A stretch of 62,182 nucleotides of DNA from Clostridia bacterium. GTDB taxonomy: Bacteria; Bacillota; Clostridia; Tissierellales; Dethiosulfatibacteraceae. Below, piece after piece: positions 1 to 9,914 of the stretch. The stretch spans positions 1-62,182 of the forward strand of contig JAABRS010000001.1 in NCBI GenBank assembly GCA_011390775.1. Direction: 5' to 3'. Numbering within the stretch: position 1 is the stretch's first letter; each line of letters begins with the position of its first letter. The notes under the pieces were generated by a model. That model saw only the letters and a program-made list of their open reading frames with translations, was not told the origin of the DNA and did no database searches. Position numbers and translations under genes: made by a program.

Positions 1-1
1 T

Positions 2-637
2 TTAGAACTTTTTAAAGATAGGGATATAAAAACCGCTTTATATTACACAGTGATTATAGCTATAATCGCAGCTGTGATTTCAACTATCGTAGGAACTATC
101 TCAGCTATTGGTATCTATAATATGAAAACTAATAGAATGAATCTTTTTTTGAATATAAATTATCTGCCAATTATCAACCCTGATATTGTTACAGGAATAG
201 CATTGATGATTTTATTCTTATCAGCGAATATTAAATTAGGTTTTAGTACTATGTTGTTGGCTCACATAACTTTTGATATTCCCTACGTAATTTTATCAGT
301 ACTTCCAAAATTAAAGCAACTGGACAATAATATCACCGAAGCAGCCTTAGATTTAGGTGCTACACCCTTTTACTCTTTGAGAAAAATTATTATCCCCCAA
401 ATTAAGCCAGGTATAATTACTGGATTTTTAATAGCATTTACATTATCTATAGATGATTTTGTAATAAGTTTTTTTACAACCGGATCAGGAGTTACAAACT
501 TATCCATTGAAATCTATTCAATGGCAAGAAGAGGAATATCACCAACTATTAATGCTCTATCATCTTTGATGTTAGTAGTCGTTTTAGGATTACTATTAAT
601 TATAAATAAAAGAACAACCTTACCAGTTAAGGAATAA
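2..637 (+). CDS. potC: Spermidine/putrescine ABC transporter permease (PotC-like), 5'-truncated by the window edge
   Basis: The frame is open from nt 2, with no stop before the listed GTG at 50. Multi-TM protein with the ABC permease EAA-type loop 'EAALDLGATPFYSLRKIIIPQIKPG'. Immediately followed by a PotD-like binding protein. Confidence 0.8.
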   Translation, partial: LELFKDRDIKTALYYTVIIAIIAAVISTIVGTISAIGIYNMKTNRMNLFLNINYLPIINPDIVTGIALMILFLSANIKLGFSTMLLAHITFDIPYVILSVLPKLKQLDNNITEAALDLGATPFYSLRKIIIPQIKPGIITGFLIAFTLSIDDFVISFFTTGSGVTNLSIEIYSMARRGISPTINALSSLMLVVVLGLLLIINKRTTLPVKE

Positions 638-648
638 TGGAGGAAAAA

Positions 649-1680
649 ATGAAAAAATATTTAATACTAATAACAATTTTAGTTGCACTGGTTTTATCCG
701 GATGCAGCAGCTCACAGGAAGAAACATTAGACATATTTAACTATGGACAGTATATAGATGAAGAACTACTGGTAGAATTCGAAGAAGAATTTGGAGTTAA
801 AATTAATTATGAAGAATATCCAACCCCTGAAGACATGTACACAAAGGTTAAAGCCGGAGGTGCAGATTACGATTTAATAATAACCGGTGAATATATGATT
901 GAAAGAATGATTTCTGAAGATATGGTTCAAAAGATAAATTTTGATAATATACCAAATTATCAATATATAGATGAAAATTTCAAGAATCAACCATACGATT
1001 CTAACAATGAGTATTCTGTACCATATTTTTGGGGAACTTTAGGTATTGTTTATAATACTGAAACAGTTGAAGGAAATCCTGATTCCTGGGATCTTTTATG
1101 GGATGAAAATTACTCGGGACAAATCCTAATGATGGATAGTCAAAGAGATTCTCTTGCAGCTGCATTAAAAAAATTAGGGTATTCTCTTAATACAACGGAT
1201 GAATCTGAAATTGAAGATGCTAAAAATTTACTAATAGAACAGAAACCTCTTGTAATGGCATACATTGTAGATGAAGCTTTAGATATGATGATTGCAGATG
1301 AAGCTGCTATTTCCTTAATATGGTCCGGAGAAGCTGTTGCAGCAATGGGAGAAAATGAAAAACTAAACTATTATATTCCAAAAGAAGGATCTAATATATG
1401 GATTGACGCTGCTTGTATCCCAAAAGATGCAGATAACAAGGAATTAGCTGAAAAATTTATTAATTTTATAACTTCAACAAACAATACTTTGAGAAATATT
1501 GATTATGTATGGTATTCTACTGTTCATACTGAAGCTTCTAAGGAAGTTGAGGAATTCTTATATGATAATCCAGCTTTTAATCCTTCTCAAGAAAATATTG
1601 ATAAAGCTGAAATGTTTAGAGACCTTGGTGATAACTTAAAATTGTATGATGATGCTTGGACTGAAGTAATAGCCCATTAG
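649..1680 (+). CDS. potD: Spermidine/putrescine-binding lipoprotein (PotD family)
   Basis: Signal peptide with lipobox 'LVLSGC'. PotD-like motifs ('PYFWGTLGIVYN', 'IWIDAACIPK'). GGAGG precedes the ATG at 649, so I prefer 649 over the ORF-track start at 637. Confidence 0.85.
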   Translation: MKKYLILITILVALVLSGCSSSQEETLDIFNYGQYIDEELLVEFEEEFGVKINYEEYPTPEDMYTKVKAGGADYDLIITGEYMIERMISEDMVQKINFDNIPNYQYIDENFKNQPYDSNNEYSVPYFWGTLGIVYNTETVEGNPDSWDLLWDENYSGQILMMDSQRDSLAAALKKLGYSLNTTDESEIEDAKNLLIEQKPLVMAYIVDEALDMMIADEAAISLIWSGEAVAAMGENEKLNYYIPKEGSNIWIDAACIPKDADNKELAEKFINFITSTNNTLRNIDYVWYSTVHTEASKEVEEFLYDNPAFNPSQENIDKAEMFRDLGDNLKLYDDAWTEVIAH

Positions 1681-1700
1681 ATGGTAGATAATAGCTAACC

Positions 1701-2615
1701 TTACAAGCTTATATTTTTAAAATCTCTTAATTTTTTATAGTATATTTTATGATTTTTAATACAGCTATTTATATAGCTGTATTTTTCTAAATAATAGATA
1801 AAGCTTTTAATAGATCTTTCCGCTATAATATATTTAAGTACACTTTTGCCTACCTTTAATTCTCTATTAATTCTACTTGTAATTTCCTCGTATGTCATAG
1901 GCTCATTCAAATAATTAATTATTTGAATGAAAAAACTATTTATCACATCTACATTTTTATTTACAGTTTCTTCTTTGTTTTTTATCATTCCTTTATGACT
2001 AACTACATAATGATTATAATCTAAATTCATGATTTTTCTTTTGCTTTTTAGATCAATATCAATATCAAATATATATGGTATTTTAGTTTTCTTTAATACA
2101 TCTTCAGATAGTACGGTGTCTCCCAGATATACAACATTATCTGGAGTTGAAAATCCGCAGTGGTTAAAAGAATGTCCAGGTAATTTCTCTACTTTAAATT
2201 TTTCATCATCTAAAACTATTATTTCTTCTTTTTGCACTACATAATCCACTTTAATCCTCTGTGTAGGATACATTTCTTCATAGTTTACACTTTTAGCTCT
2301 AATTACTTTTTCTATAAAAAATCTTGGATTATCAAAGAAATATGCTTCATATTCTGGCATTATAACATTGCTACCAAACTGACTTTTCAAATAAACTACT
2401 GAATTAGCATGATCTACATGTCCGTGAGTACAAATAATGTATTTAGGAAAAATGTTTTCTTTTTTTAAAAACTCAATATATTCTTCATAATTATTGTCAT
2501 TTAAATGTCCTGGATCTATTACTACATAGTTATTATCTTGTAGGTTATAGAAACATGATGTCATTCCTTTATTTTCCAGTATATATGTTTTTTCTTCTAT
2601 CTGTTTAAGCTTCAT
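1701..2615 (-). CDS. MBL-fold metallo-hydrolase
   Basis: HxHxDH motif 'THGHVDH'. 4-nt ATGA overlap with the upstream cca gene. Confidence 0.7.
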   Translation of the reverse strand: MKLKQIEEKTYILENKGMTSCFYNLQDNNYVVIDPGHLNDNNYEEYIEFLKKENIFPKYIICTHGHVDHANSVVYLKSQFGSNVIMPEYEAYFFDNPRFFIEKVIRAKSVNYEEMYPTQRIKVDYVVQKEEIIVLDDEKFKVEKLPGHSFNHCGFSTPDNVVYLGDTVLSEDVLKKTKIPYIFDIDIDLKSKRKIMNLDYNHYVVSHKGMIKNKEETVNKNVDVINSFFIQIINYLNEPMTYEEITSRINRELKVGKSVLKYIIAERSIKSFIYYLEKYSYINSCIKNHKIYYKKLRDFKNISL

Positions 2616-3949
2616 CTTTCCTCCAAGTTATTTAAGTATTTTCGGGCTATATTTGTCAAAGTTTTCTTATCATTTATATTCGAATTTTCCAGTACTTTAT
2701 CCAATAAATAATCTAAAAGATCACCTACTAATTTTCCCTCTTTTACCCCTAGATTTTTTATGTCCTCTCCATTTATATTAAGATCTTTTTTGTTTAAGGG
2801 TTCTTTATTTTCAAGTATTAATCTGGTCTTTTCCTTCAGGTTATTTACTTTATCCATTCCAGCTATATCAGATTTTCCTTTTATATCTGCTATGTTTAAC
2901 TTAAAAATATCATCTAATCTTTCTTTACCTACATTTTTAATAAATCTCTTCACGCCTTTTTCTTTTATAGATATGTCTTTTAGATAATGGTACCTTATCA
3001 ACACTCTGACATTTTCAATAGTTTTGTTGTCATACCTTAATCTTTTTAATATTTCTACACTTTTTTCAGCTGATTTTATGTGGTGTCCTTTAAAGTGACC
3101 TTCGCTGTCTTTGTCTAAAGTAAAGGTTTCAGGTTTTGATATATCGTGTAATAATGCCGCTAATCTTAGATCTAATTTTGATTCGATATTTTCTAATACT
3201 GATATAGTATGTTCGTAAACATCTTTATCATGGTACTTGTTATTCTGTTCAAATCCTATGGAATCATATATTTCAGGAATAATGTATTTCATTATATTTG
3301 TTTTTATAAGAGCTCTTATGCCTTTTCCAGGTCTTTTAGATAGTAATATTTGATCAAATTCAACTCTTATTCTTTCAGGACTTACATTCTTTATGTTTGA
3401 ATAGTTTTTTTCTATACTTTTTTTAGTTTTTTCCTCAATTTCAAAATTCAATGTAGTCATAAATCTAATTGCCCTTATCATTCTTAAAGCATCTTCTCTA
3501 AATCTTTCATCTGGTTCCCCTATAGTTTTGATAACTTTTGATTTAATATCTTCTATACCCTTATATAGATCATATACTCTTCCATTTATATCACAGTAAA
3601 GTGAATTAATAGTAAAATCTCTTCTCTTTACATCCTCTTCAATTCTATTAGAAAAAATTACTTTTTCCGGCTTCCTATTATTTATATATTTAAAATCTTT
3701 CCTAAATGTTGTTATTTCATAGTTTTTTTTGTTATATACCAATGTAACCGTACCGTATTTTATACCAGTAGGTATTACTTTTTCAAAAATTTTTATTACT
3801 TCATCGGGTTTTGCATCTGTTGCTATATCATAGTCATTAATCTCTAATCCTAAGTAATAATCACGAACAGCACCACCAACAACATAGGCTTTAAAGTTAT
3901 TGTTTTCTATTTTTTTTAAAATTTCTTTTACATCTTTATTTAATTTCAC
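2612..3949 (-). CDS. cca: CCA-adding tRNA nucleotidyltransferase with HD domain
   Basis: Class II nucleotidyltransferase head 'VVGGAVRDYYLG..NDYDIAT', 'RRDFTINS', and a C-terminal HD motif 'LLHDISKP'. Confidence 0.85.
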   Translation of the reverse strand: MKLNKDVKEILKKIENNNFKAYVVGGAVRDYYLGLEINDYDIATDAKPDEVIKIFEKVIPTGIKYGTVTLVYNKKNYEITTFRKDFKYINNRKPEKVIFSNRIEEDVKRRDFTINSLYCDINGRVYDLYKGIEDIKSKVIKTIGEPDERFREDALRMIRAIRFMTTLNFEIEEKTKKSIEKNYSNIKNVSPERIRVEFDQILLSKRPGKGIRALIKTNIMKYIIPEIYDSIGFEQNNKYHDKDVYEHTISVLENIESKLDLRLAALLHDISKPETFTLDKDSEGHFKGHHIKSAEKSVEILKRLRYDNKTIENVRVLIRYHYLKDISIKEKGVKRFIKNVGKERLDDIFKLNIADIKGKSDIAGMDKVNNLKEKTRLILENKEPLNKKDLNINGEDIKNLGVKEGKLVGDLLDYLLDKVLENSNINDKKTLTNIARKYLNNLEER

Positions 3950-4018
3950 ACTAACAACTTCCTTTTTATTAAATTATATCATATAATGTAAGTTAAGATT
4001 GATTTTAAGGAGGATAAT

Positions 4019-5215
4019 TTGAAAACAAGAAAAATACTTATTCTAATAGTTGTTTTTATGTTTATATCATCATTTACATACAATTATACAGAAGCAAGTT
4101 CTATAATAAATGATACCCAACAATTAAAAAATTATATCATGGATAGTATATATAATAGAGAAAGTGTTATAACTCTTAATTATAAAGGTAGTAGTAGTGA
4201 TTTAGAAAAAACTTTAAATTCAATTCTAAATAGCGATCCTTATATTAACTATTCTATAAATAGTTGGCAGTGGTCATACGAAGGATATGAAAATAATATC
4301 AACATAACCATAAGAGTAAATCATCTTCTTACTAAAAATCAAGAAGATGAAATTGATAAAAAAATAAATTATGTTTTATCGGATATTCTAAGTCCAGAAA
4401 TGACTTCTCATGAAAAAATTAAAGAGATTCATGATTTTATAGTATTAAACACAGAATACGATACTAGTTATACAAATTACACCCATTATGATGCTCTATT
4501 TGAAAATAAATCTGTTTGTAATGGCTATGCATTATTAGGTTATAAAATGCTTAAAACAGCAGGTTTTGATGTAGGATTTGTAGAAGGTACTGCTAATGGA
4601 GAAAATCACTTATGGAATGTAATCAATCTCTCCGGTAATAGATACCATTTAGACATAACCTGGAATGATCCTGTTCCTAACTTAGATTATCCAATCTACG
4701 ATTATTACATGTTAACCGACAATGAAATATCAAAAGATCACCAGTATAAAGGTAGCTTAAGCACTACAACACCTTATCATAGAATTTTAAATATTGATAT
4801 TTCTTCTAAGCTTAATAGAAATAACGAATTGATCGAATTAATGAAAGATATTGATTTATACAAATACTATGATCCTATAGATATAATATTGGATGGTAAA
4901 AATATAAGTTTTGACCAACCACCTATAATTCAAAACGGTAGAACCCTGGTGCCATTTAGAGCAATCTATGAAAACTTTGGTATGGAAGTTGACTGGGTAG
5001 CAGAAGAAAGAAAAGCCATTGGTTATGATAATATATTAAATATAAGCATGAAAATTGATAGTGACAGAGCCTATATCAACAATATGGAATTTATCCTAGA
5101 TACTCCCCCAATTATTGTTAATAGTCGTACTTTAGTACCGATAAGATTCATATCTGAATCTTTAGGTAAAGAAGTTAGCTGGGATAATGTTAATAGAAAT
5201 GTAATTATAAAATGA
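4019..5215 (+). CDS. Secreted transglutaminase-like cysteine protease-fold protein with two C-terminal copper-amine-oxidase-N-like (stalk) repeats
   Basis: TTG start 8 nt after AAGGAGG; N-terminal signal/TM segment. Transglutaminase-core pattern 'CNGYALLGYKMLKTAG ... HLWNVI ... D'. Repeated 'GRTLVPFRAIYENFG.EVDW' / 'SRTLVPIRFISESLGKEVSWD'. Confidence 0.65.
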   Translation: MKTRKILILIVVFMFISSFTYNYTEASSIINDTQQLKNYIMDSIYNRESVITLNYKGSSSDLEKTLNSILNSDPYINYSINSWQWSYEGYENNINITIRVNHLLTKNQEDEIDKKINYVLSDILSPEMTSHEKIKEIHDFIVLNTEYDTSYTNYTHYDALFENKSVCNGYALLGYKMLKTAGFDVGFVEGTANGENHLWNVINLSGNRYHLDITWNDPVPNLDYPIYDYYMLTDNEISKDHQYKGSLSTTTPYHRILNIDISSKLNRNNELIELMKDIDLYKYYDPIDIILDGKNISFDQPPIIQNGRTLVPFRAIYENFGMEVDWVAEERKAIGYDNILNISMKIDSDRAYINNMEFILDTPPIIVNSRTLVPIRFISESLGKEVSWDNVNRNVIIK

Positions 5216-5232
5216 AGGTTTAAACCTTCATT
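5211..5232. terminator. Bidirectional hairpin between convergent genes
   Basis: Perfect 11-bp palindrome AATGAAGGTTT/AAACCTTCATT containing the TGA stop of the + gene. T-rich on the + side (TTATTTATT). Confidence 0.55.
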
Positions 5233-6543
5233 TTATTTATTAAATTCATAATATATTGAATTTATCGCTTTTTCAAAATCTTTATCCTCAATCCCAATTA
5301 TAATATTTATTTCACTTGATCCCTGGTCTATCATTCTAATATTTATACCCTCTTTTCCTAGTGCTCCAAATATTCTGCTTGAGACTCCGGGTGTATAAGC
5401 CATTCTTTGTCCTACTACTGCAATTAAAGCTATGTTTTTAAAGACATCAATTCTATCAGGCTCACAGCTTTTTTCTATTTTATCAATTATTTTTTCTAGT
5501 TTTCCGTTTAAAAATTCGTCATCAATTACAATAGATACTGTATCTATTCCTGATGGTATGTGTTCAAAGGTAATATCATACATTTCCAATATAGAAAGTA
5601 GTTTTTTTACAAATCCAACCTCATTATTCATGTAGAATTTCTGTAATCCAATAACTGTAAATTCCTTCCTGCCTGCTATTCCCGTTATAGCTATATTTTC
5701 TCCATTTTTCTTTTCATTAGTTATAATGGTTCCTATGTCATCTGGATTATTTGTATTTCTAATATTAATGGGTATATTGGCTTTTCTAACAGGATAAATT
5801 GCTTCATCGTGAAGAACTTTTGCTCCCATATATGATAATTCTCTTAGTTCTTGGTAGGTTATGTTTCTGATTTTTTTTGGATTTTTAACTATTCTTGGGT
5901 CTGCCATCATAAATCCCGACACATCCGTCCAATTTTCATATATATCAGCTTTTAGATATCTTGATATCAAAGCTCCTGTAATATCAGAACCGCCTCGAGT
6001 AAATGTTTTTACCTCTCCTAATGGTGTAGAACCATAAAAACCGGGTATAACTGCTCTATCTGTTTTATTTAGCTTTTCTTTTATTAATCTTTCTGTTTTT
6101 TCTTCGTCTAGAGTACCATTCATATTAAAAAATATTATATCTTTACTATCAATAAAATCATATCCTAAATATTCAGCTAATATTAATGCGTTCAAATACT
6201 CTCCTCTACTAGCTAAATAATCAATAGAAATATTTTTATTAAAACTGCTTTTTATTTCATCTAAATATCTTTGGATATTTAAGTCTAAATTCAATTCTTC
6301 AATAATACTTTTATACCTTTCTTCTATCATATTAAATATTTCACCACTTGGCACATTATACTTTAAGTGAGCATGACATAAATAAAGAAGATCTGTAATT
6401 TTATTATCTTCATTCCATCTTTTTCCTGGAGCAGAAACAACTACATACTTCCTAGCATTATCCATTTTTATAATTTGAGCTACTTTTTTAATTTGTTTCC
6501 CTTCTGATAAAGATGTTCCTCCAAATTTTGATATTTTTAACAT
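5233..6543 (-). CDS. Aspartate kinase (monofunctional, YclM/aspartokinase-III-like)
   Basis: 'KFGGTSL' N-terminus, 'FTRGGSDITGA', 'YENWTDVSGFMMADPR', and C-terminal ACT-like repeats. I chose the start at MLKISKFGG because AGGAGGG lies 6 nt upstream; the ORF-track start at 6576 adds 11 unlikely residues. Confidence 0.85.
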   Translation of the reverse strand: MLKISKFGGTSLSEGKQIKKVAQIIKMDNARKYVVVSAPGKRWNEDNKITDLLYLCHAHLKYNVPSGEIFNMIEERYKSIIEELNLDLNIQRYLDEIKSSFNKNISIDYLASRGEYLNALILAEYLGYDFIDSKDIIFFNMNGTLDEEKTERLIKEKLNKTDRAVIPGFYGSTPLGEVKTFTRGGSDITGALISRYLKADIYENWTDVSGFMMADPRIVKNPKKIRNITYQELRELSYMGAKVLHDEAIYPVRKANIPINIRNTNNPDDIGTIITNEKKNGENIAITGIAGRKEFTVIGLQKFYMNNEVGFVKKLLSILEMYDITFEHIPSGIDTVSIVIDDEFLNGKLEKIIDKIEKSCEPDRIDVFKNIALIAVVGQRMAYTPGVSSRIFGALGKEGINIRMIDQGSSEINIIIGIEDKDFEKAINSIYYEFNK

Positions 6544-6632
6544 TTTGTTCCCTCCTAGCATACATATGTGTATCATAAAAAATCATATTATATACTATAT
6601 ACTATTTGTTAAGAAAAATAAACATTTTTATC

Positions 6633-6667
6633 AAAAAAATCCTGCAGATAATATTACCTACAGGATT
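6633..6667 (-). terminator. Rho-independent terminator after the PII-like gene
   Basis: Minus-strand AATCCTGTAG-loop-CTGCAGGATT (10-bp stem) followed by TTTTTTT. Confidence 0.65.
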
Positions 6668-6684
6668 CCTATTAATTTTTCTGA

Positions 6685-7083
6685 TTATACATATGGTTTT
6701 TCTTCTACTTCTTCCTCTCCGTTTTCATTTTCTTCCAGAAGACATTCATGTTTAGAACCGTGAATTTCCAAAACTGGTATTACAAACATAAATCCCACTC
6801 CTGGTTCACTAAAACATTCTAACTCTTTGTTTATTTTTTTTACAATTCTATCTAATTTATCTTTTTCTTTAATTACACTTATAATCAACTTATTGTATGG
6901 CTTTCTACCATCAATTAATTTCCTCATGCTAGCCAACATAGGAACATTTACATGATGATCTAGTAAAACCTTACCCATACCCTGACTATCTATTGTTGTT
7001 GCACCTAATTCTTCTTCATAAAAGAGTTCATGTATCATATCAAGCTTATATACATCATTTAATACCAAAAATAAACCGTACAT
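6685..7083 (-). CDS. Hypothetical protein, PII-like beta-alpha-beta pattern, acidic C-terminal tail
   Basis: 132 aa. Segment order resembles GlnB-type PII (the 'GVGFMFVIPVLEIHG' end resembles the 'GDGKIFV.PV' region). Tail 'EENENGEEEVEEK'. The function call is inference only. Confidence 0.45.
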   Translation of the reverse strand: MYGLFLVLNDVYKLDMIHELFYEEELGATTIDSQGMGKVLLDHHVNVPMLASMRKLIDGRKPYNKLIISVIKEKDKLDRIVKKINKELECFSEPGVGFMFVIPVLEIHGSKHECLLEENENGEEEVEEKPYV

Positions 7084-7147
7084 CCTACTCCTCCTTCTTT
7101 TAATGTTTAAATTATATCACATTTTTCTAGTATTATGTAATTATTTG

Positions 7148-7972
7148 TTAGATTCTTTCCTCAATCCAGCTTATAACGTCCTGTATTACTTCATCTTTTT
7201 CCATTTCATTTAATATTTCGTGATATAAATTATCGTATATTATTATATTTTTATCATCACTATTGATTTTATCTTTAAATCTAATGGAAGATTTGTAATT
7301 AATTATCTTATCTTCTTTACCGTGTAAAACAAGACAACTGTTATCAAATTTCTTTATATTATCTTCAATCCAGTTCATTCCACTTATCAAGAATTCATAG
7401 TATAATTTAATGGATATTTTTTTTAATACTAAAGGGTCTTTTATGTATTTTTCTACTACCTCTTTATCTCTGGATACATGTTTTCCCAAGTCGTTTTTCA
7501 TTTTATAACCTGGATATATTTTATTGAAAGTTTTTATTAATGCACCGTTAATTCCTTTGGCACTGTCTGGTCTTTCTAGAGCTGCAGCCGAAAGTATTAA
7601 TCCACTGACATCATTTTTATATTTAATACCATATCCAGCTGTAATAAATCCTCCCATACTATGTCCCAATATAAAAAGAGGAATATTTTTATTTTCTTCT
7701 TTTGCTAATTTAACTACTTCCTGAAGATCTTTGATGTAAGATTCGTAACTTTCAACCCAACCTTTTTGACCACCGCTTTTTCCGTGGCCTCTTAAATCAT
7801 ATCTATATACAGAAATATTTTTTCGATTAATTTTTTCAACTACGTAATCGTATCTTTCACAATATTCTGCCAATCCATGTACTATAATAAGTACAGCTTT
7901 TGGACTATTGCTTTTATTCGTAACAACATATAAATTTGTTGTATCAAAACTATCTATTATTCTTTTTTCCAT
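7148..7972 (-). CDS. Alpha/beta hydrolase (lysophospholipase / monoacylglycerol lipase family)
   Basis: Oxyanion 'VHGLAEY', nucleophile elbow 'GHSMGG', and a C-terminal 'LYHEILNE' His motif. Confidence 0.8.
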   Translation of the reverse strand: MEKRIIDSFDTTNLYVVTNKSNSPKAVLIIVHGLAEYCERYDYVVEKINRKNISVYRYDLRGHGKSGGQKGWVESYESYIKDLQEVVKLAKEENKNIPLFILGHSMGGFITAGYGIKYKNDVSGLILSAAALERPDSAKGINGALIKTFNKIYPGYKMKNDLGKHVSRDKEVVEKYIKDPLVLKKISIKLYYEFLISGMNWIEDNIKKFDNSCLVLHGKEDKIINYKSSIRFKDKINSDDKNIIIYDNLYHEILNEMEKDEVIQDVISWIEERI

Positions 7973-7981
7973 AATTCTCCT

Positions 7982-9079
7982 TTATTCTAATAAGCCGGCA
8001 AAAAAAGCAGTGAATGGTATAGCTAAAACAATACCAATGCTTCCTGTTATGGCTCTTATTATTTCTGTTGCGATTATATCTAAATTTATTACTTCAACCA
8101 TAGATGTATTATAAGCCATAAAAACAAGCAATATCGGTATCGAAGCCCCTGTATAGGCTAGTATTAATGTATTTGTCATTGTGCCCATGATATCCTTACC
8201 AACGTTCATGCCTGATTTTATTAAACTTAGCTTTGATATTTCCTCGTTTGCTTTTTTAACTTCATCCATAGATGAAGCTATGGATATACTAACATCCATT
8301 ACAGCTCCTAAAGTCCCTATGATTATTCCTGCAAAAAGCAATCCTTTAAAATCAAACTCTACTCCGTTAGGAAGATACATTAACATTACAGCTTCTTCTG
8401 AACTTAATCCCGTTAGTTTTGCCAAATTTCCAATAGCAAATGCTATTACAGCCGCTATTGTAACTCCTGCAATTGTTCCTAATATAGCTGAATAAGATTT
8501 TTTATTAAATCCAGCAATCACCAACATAGTAAACACTGTAATTCCAACGGAACTAATTGTGGAGACTGTTATGGGATTTCCACCATTTAGTATAGCAGGG
8601 AGTAAATATTTCCATATAATAATTATGGTTACTGCCAAAGTTATCACTGCTTTTAGACCTTTAAATCTCCCTACAATAATTAACAGAGCGACAAAAAGTA
8701 AAACGGTGAATAAAATGTATCTATCTCTTACAAATCCTGATATGTTAACAATAAGTGTTCCCGATGTTTCGTCAAGCATTAGTAAAATGGAGTCACCTTT
8801 TTCTACGCGAATATTAAAGAATTCCATTCCTCCAAGATTGTTCTCAACAATGAATTCTCTGCCTTCATACTCTCCTTCTTTAACTAAAACTTTTACAACC
8901 TGCCTTCCCTGAATAGGGGAAGAAATATCTGAACCAAGATCATCCGCATCCATATCTGCAATAATTTCTACTACCTTACCTCTTACCGTCGTTAAACCTT
9001 CTGCCCCTCCTGTATTACCATAAGCTGTAAGTGTACTTAGTATTAATACTGTGATAAATATTAAGATTATTTTTTTCAT
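7982..9079 (-). CDS. YibE/F family membrane protein
   Basis: Signal peptide plus a soluble N-domain, followed by about 7 TM helices in the typical YibE/F layout. Confidence 0.65.
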   Translation of the reverse strand: MKKIILIFITVLILSTLTAYGNTGGAEGLTTVRGKVVEIIADMDADDLGSDISSPIQGRQVVKVLVKEGEYEGREFIVENNLGGMEFFNIRVEKGDSILLMLDETSGTLIVNISGFVRDRYILFTVLLFVALLIIVGRFKGLKAVITLAVTIIIIWKYLLPAILNGGNPITVSTISSVGITVFTMLVIAGFNKKSYSAILGTIAGVTIAAVIAFAIGNLAKLTGLSSEEAVMLMYLPNGVEFDFKGLLFAGIIIGTLGAVMDVSISIASSMDEVKKANEEISKLSLIKSGMNVGKDIMGTMTNTLILAYTGASIPILLVFMAYNTSMVEVINLDIIATEIIRAITGSIGIVLAIPFTAFFAGLLE

Positions 9080-9080
9080 A

Positions 9081-9758
9081 TTACACTTCTATCGAATCAC
9101 TAAAATTAATAATCTTTACTTCAGTATTCTTAACCTTTTCTTTGAATTCATTTACATCTGCTTTTATAACATCAAATGTATTATAGTGCATTGGTACAAC
9201 AAGATTCGGTTGTATAAATTCAACAGCTTTAACCGCATCGTCAATATCCATAGTATAATTACCCCCAATAGGTAACAATGCGATATCCACGTTTTCATCA
9301 GCTAGAAGCTTCATATCCATAGCAAGTCCTGTGTCTCCAGCATGATATATTACTTTATCATTTAGATAAAATAAAAATCCTCCAGGATTTCCACCATCGT
9401 ATGTTTTATCACCTATCTGTATTCCCGAACCATGGAGAGCAGGTGTCATTTTAATTTTTCCAAAATCAAACTTAGTTCTTCCACCTATATGCATAGTATG
9501 AACTTTTACACCCTGATTTGCTAAATATCTTCCTATTTCTGCATTACAAATAACTAATGCATCATCTCTTTTTGCTAATTCTACAGTATCTCCTATATGA
9601 TCTCCATGACCGTGAGTTACGAAAATATGTGTTAGTTTAGGTATATCATCCAAAGATTGACTGCAGGAAGAATTCCCTTTTATAAATGGATCAACAATCC
9701 CTGTAAAGTTATTGTTTTGAATTACAAAAACTGAATGTCCGTAATATGTAAGTTTCAT
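9081..9758 (-). CDS. UPF0173 metal-dependent hydrolase (YtkL-like MBL fold)
   Basis: 'MKLTYYGHS', '[16 protein letters not shown]', 'MHIGG', 'PIGGNYTMD', 'VPMHYNTF'. Close collinear resemblance to B. subtilis YtkL as I recall it. Confidence 0.8.
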   Translation of the reverse strand: MKLTYYGHSVFVIQNNNFTGIVDPFIKGNSSCSQSLDDIPKLTHIFVTHGHGDHIGDTVELAKRDDALVICNAEIGRYLANQGVKVHTMHIGGRTKFDFGKIKMTPALHGSGIQIGDKTYDGGNPGGFLFYLNDKVIYHAGDTGLAMDMKLLADENVDIALLPIGGNYTMDIDDAVKAVEFIQPNLVVPMHYNTFDVIKADVNEFKEKVKNTEVKIINFSDSIEV

Positions 9759-9854
9759 AAAATCACTCCTTATTTTATTTATGCTTTCTTTAATTATATT
9801 ATAAATTTATTATTAAATAAACCTTAAATCTACTTGTTTATATAAATAAATTAA

Positions 9855-9882
9855 TTGATTTTTAATATTTTTTTGTTATAAT
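9855..9882 (+). promoter_or_regulatory. Candidate sigma-A promoter of the 1427-aa gene
   Basis: TTGATT-N16-TATAAT with a TG extended -10 (tTGtTATAAT), about 33 nt upstream of the ATG. Confidence 0.4.
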
Positions 9883-9914
9883 TACTGTAAGTCTCTAATC
9901 TATGGAGGTGCATT

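Noticed and set aside
6544-6684. Expected an L-box (lysine) riboswitch upstream of the aspartokinase gene.
   Set aside because: Only about 90 nt lie between the upstream terminator and the RBS, too short for an L-box of about 180 nt. I see no conserved L-box helices or a leader terminator.
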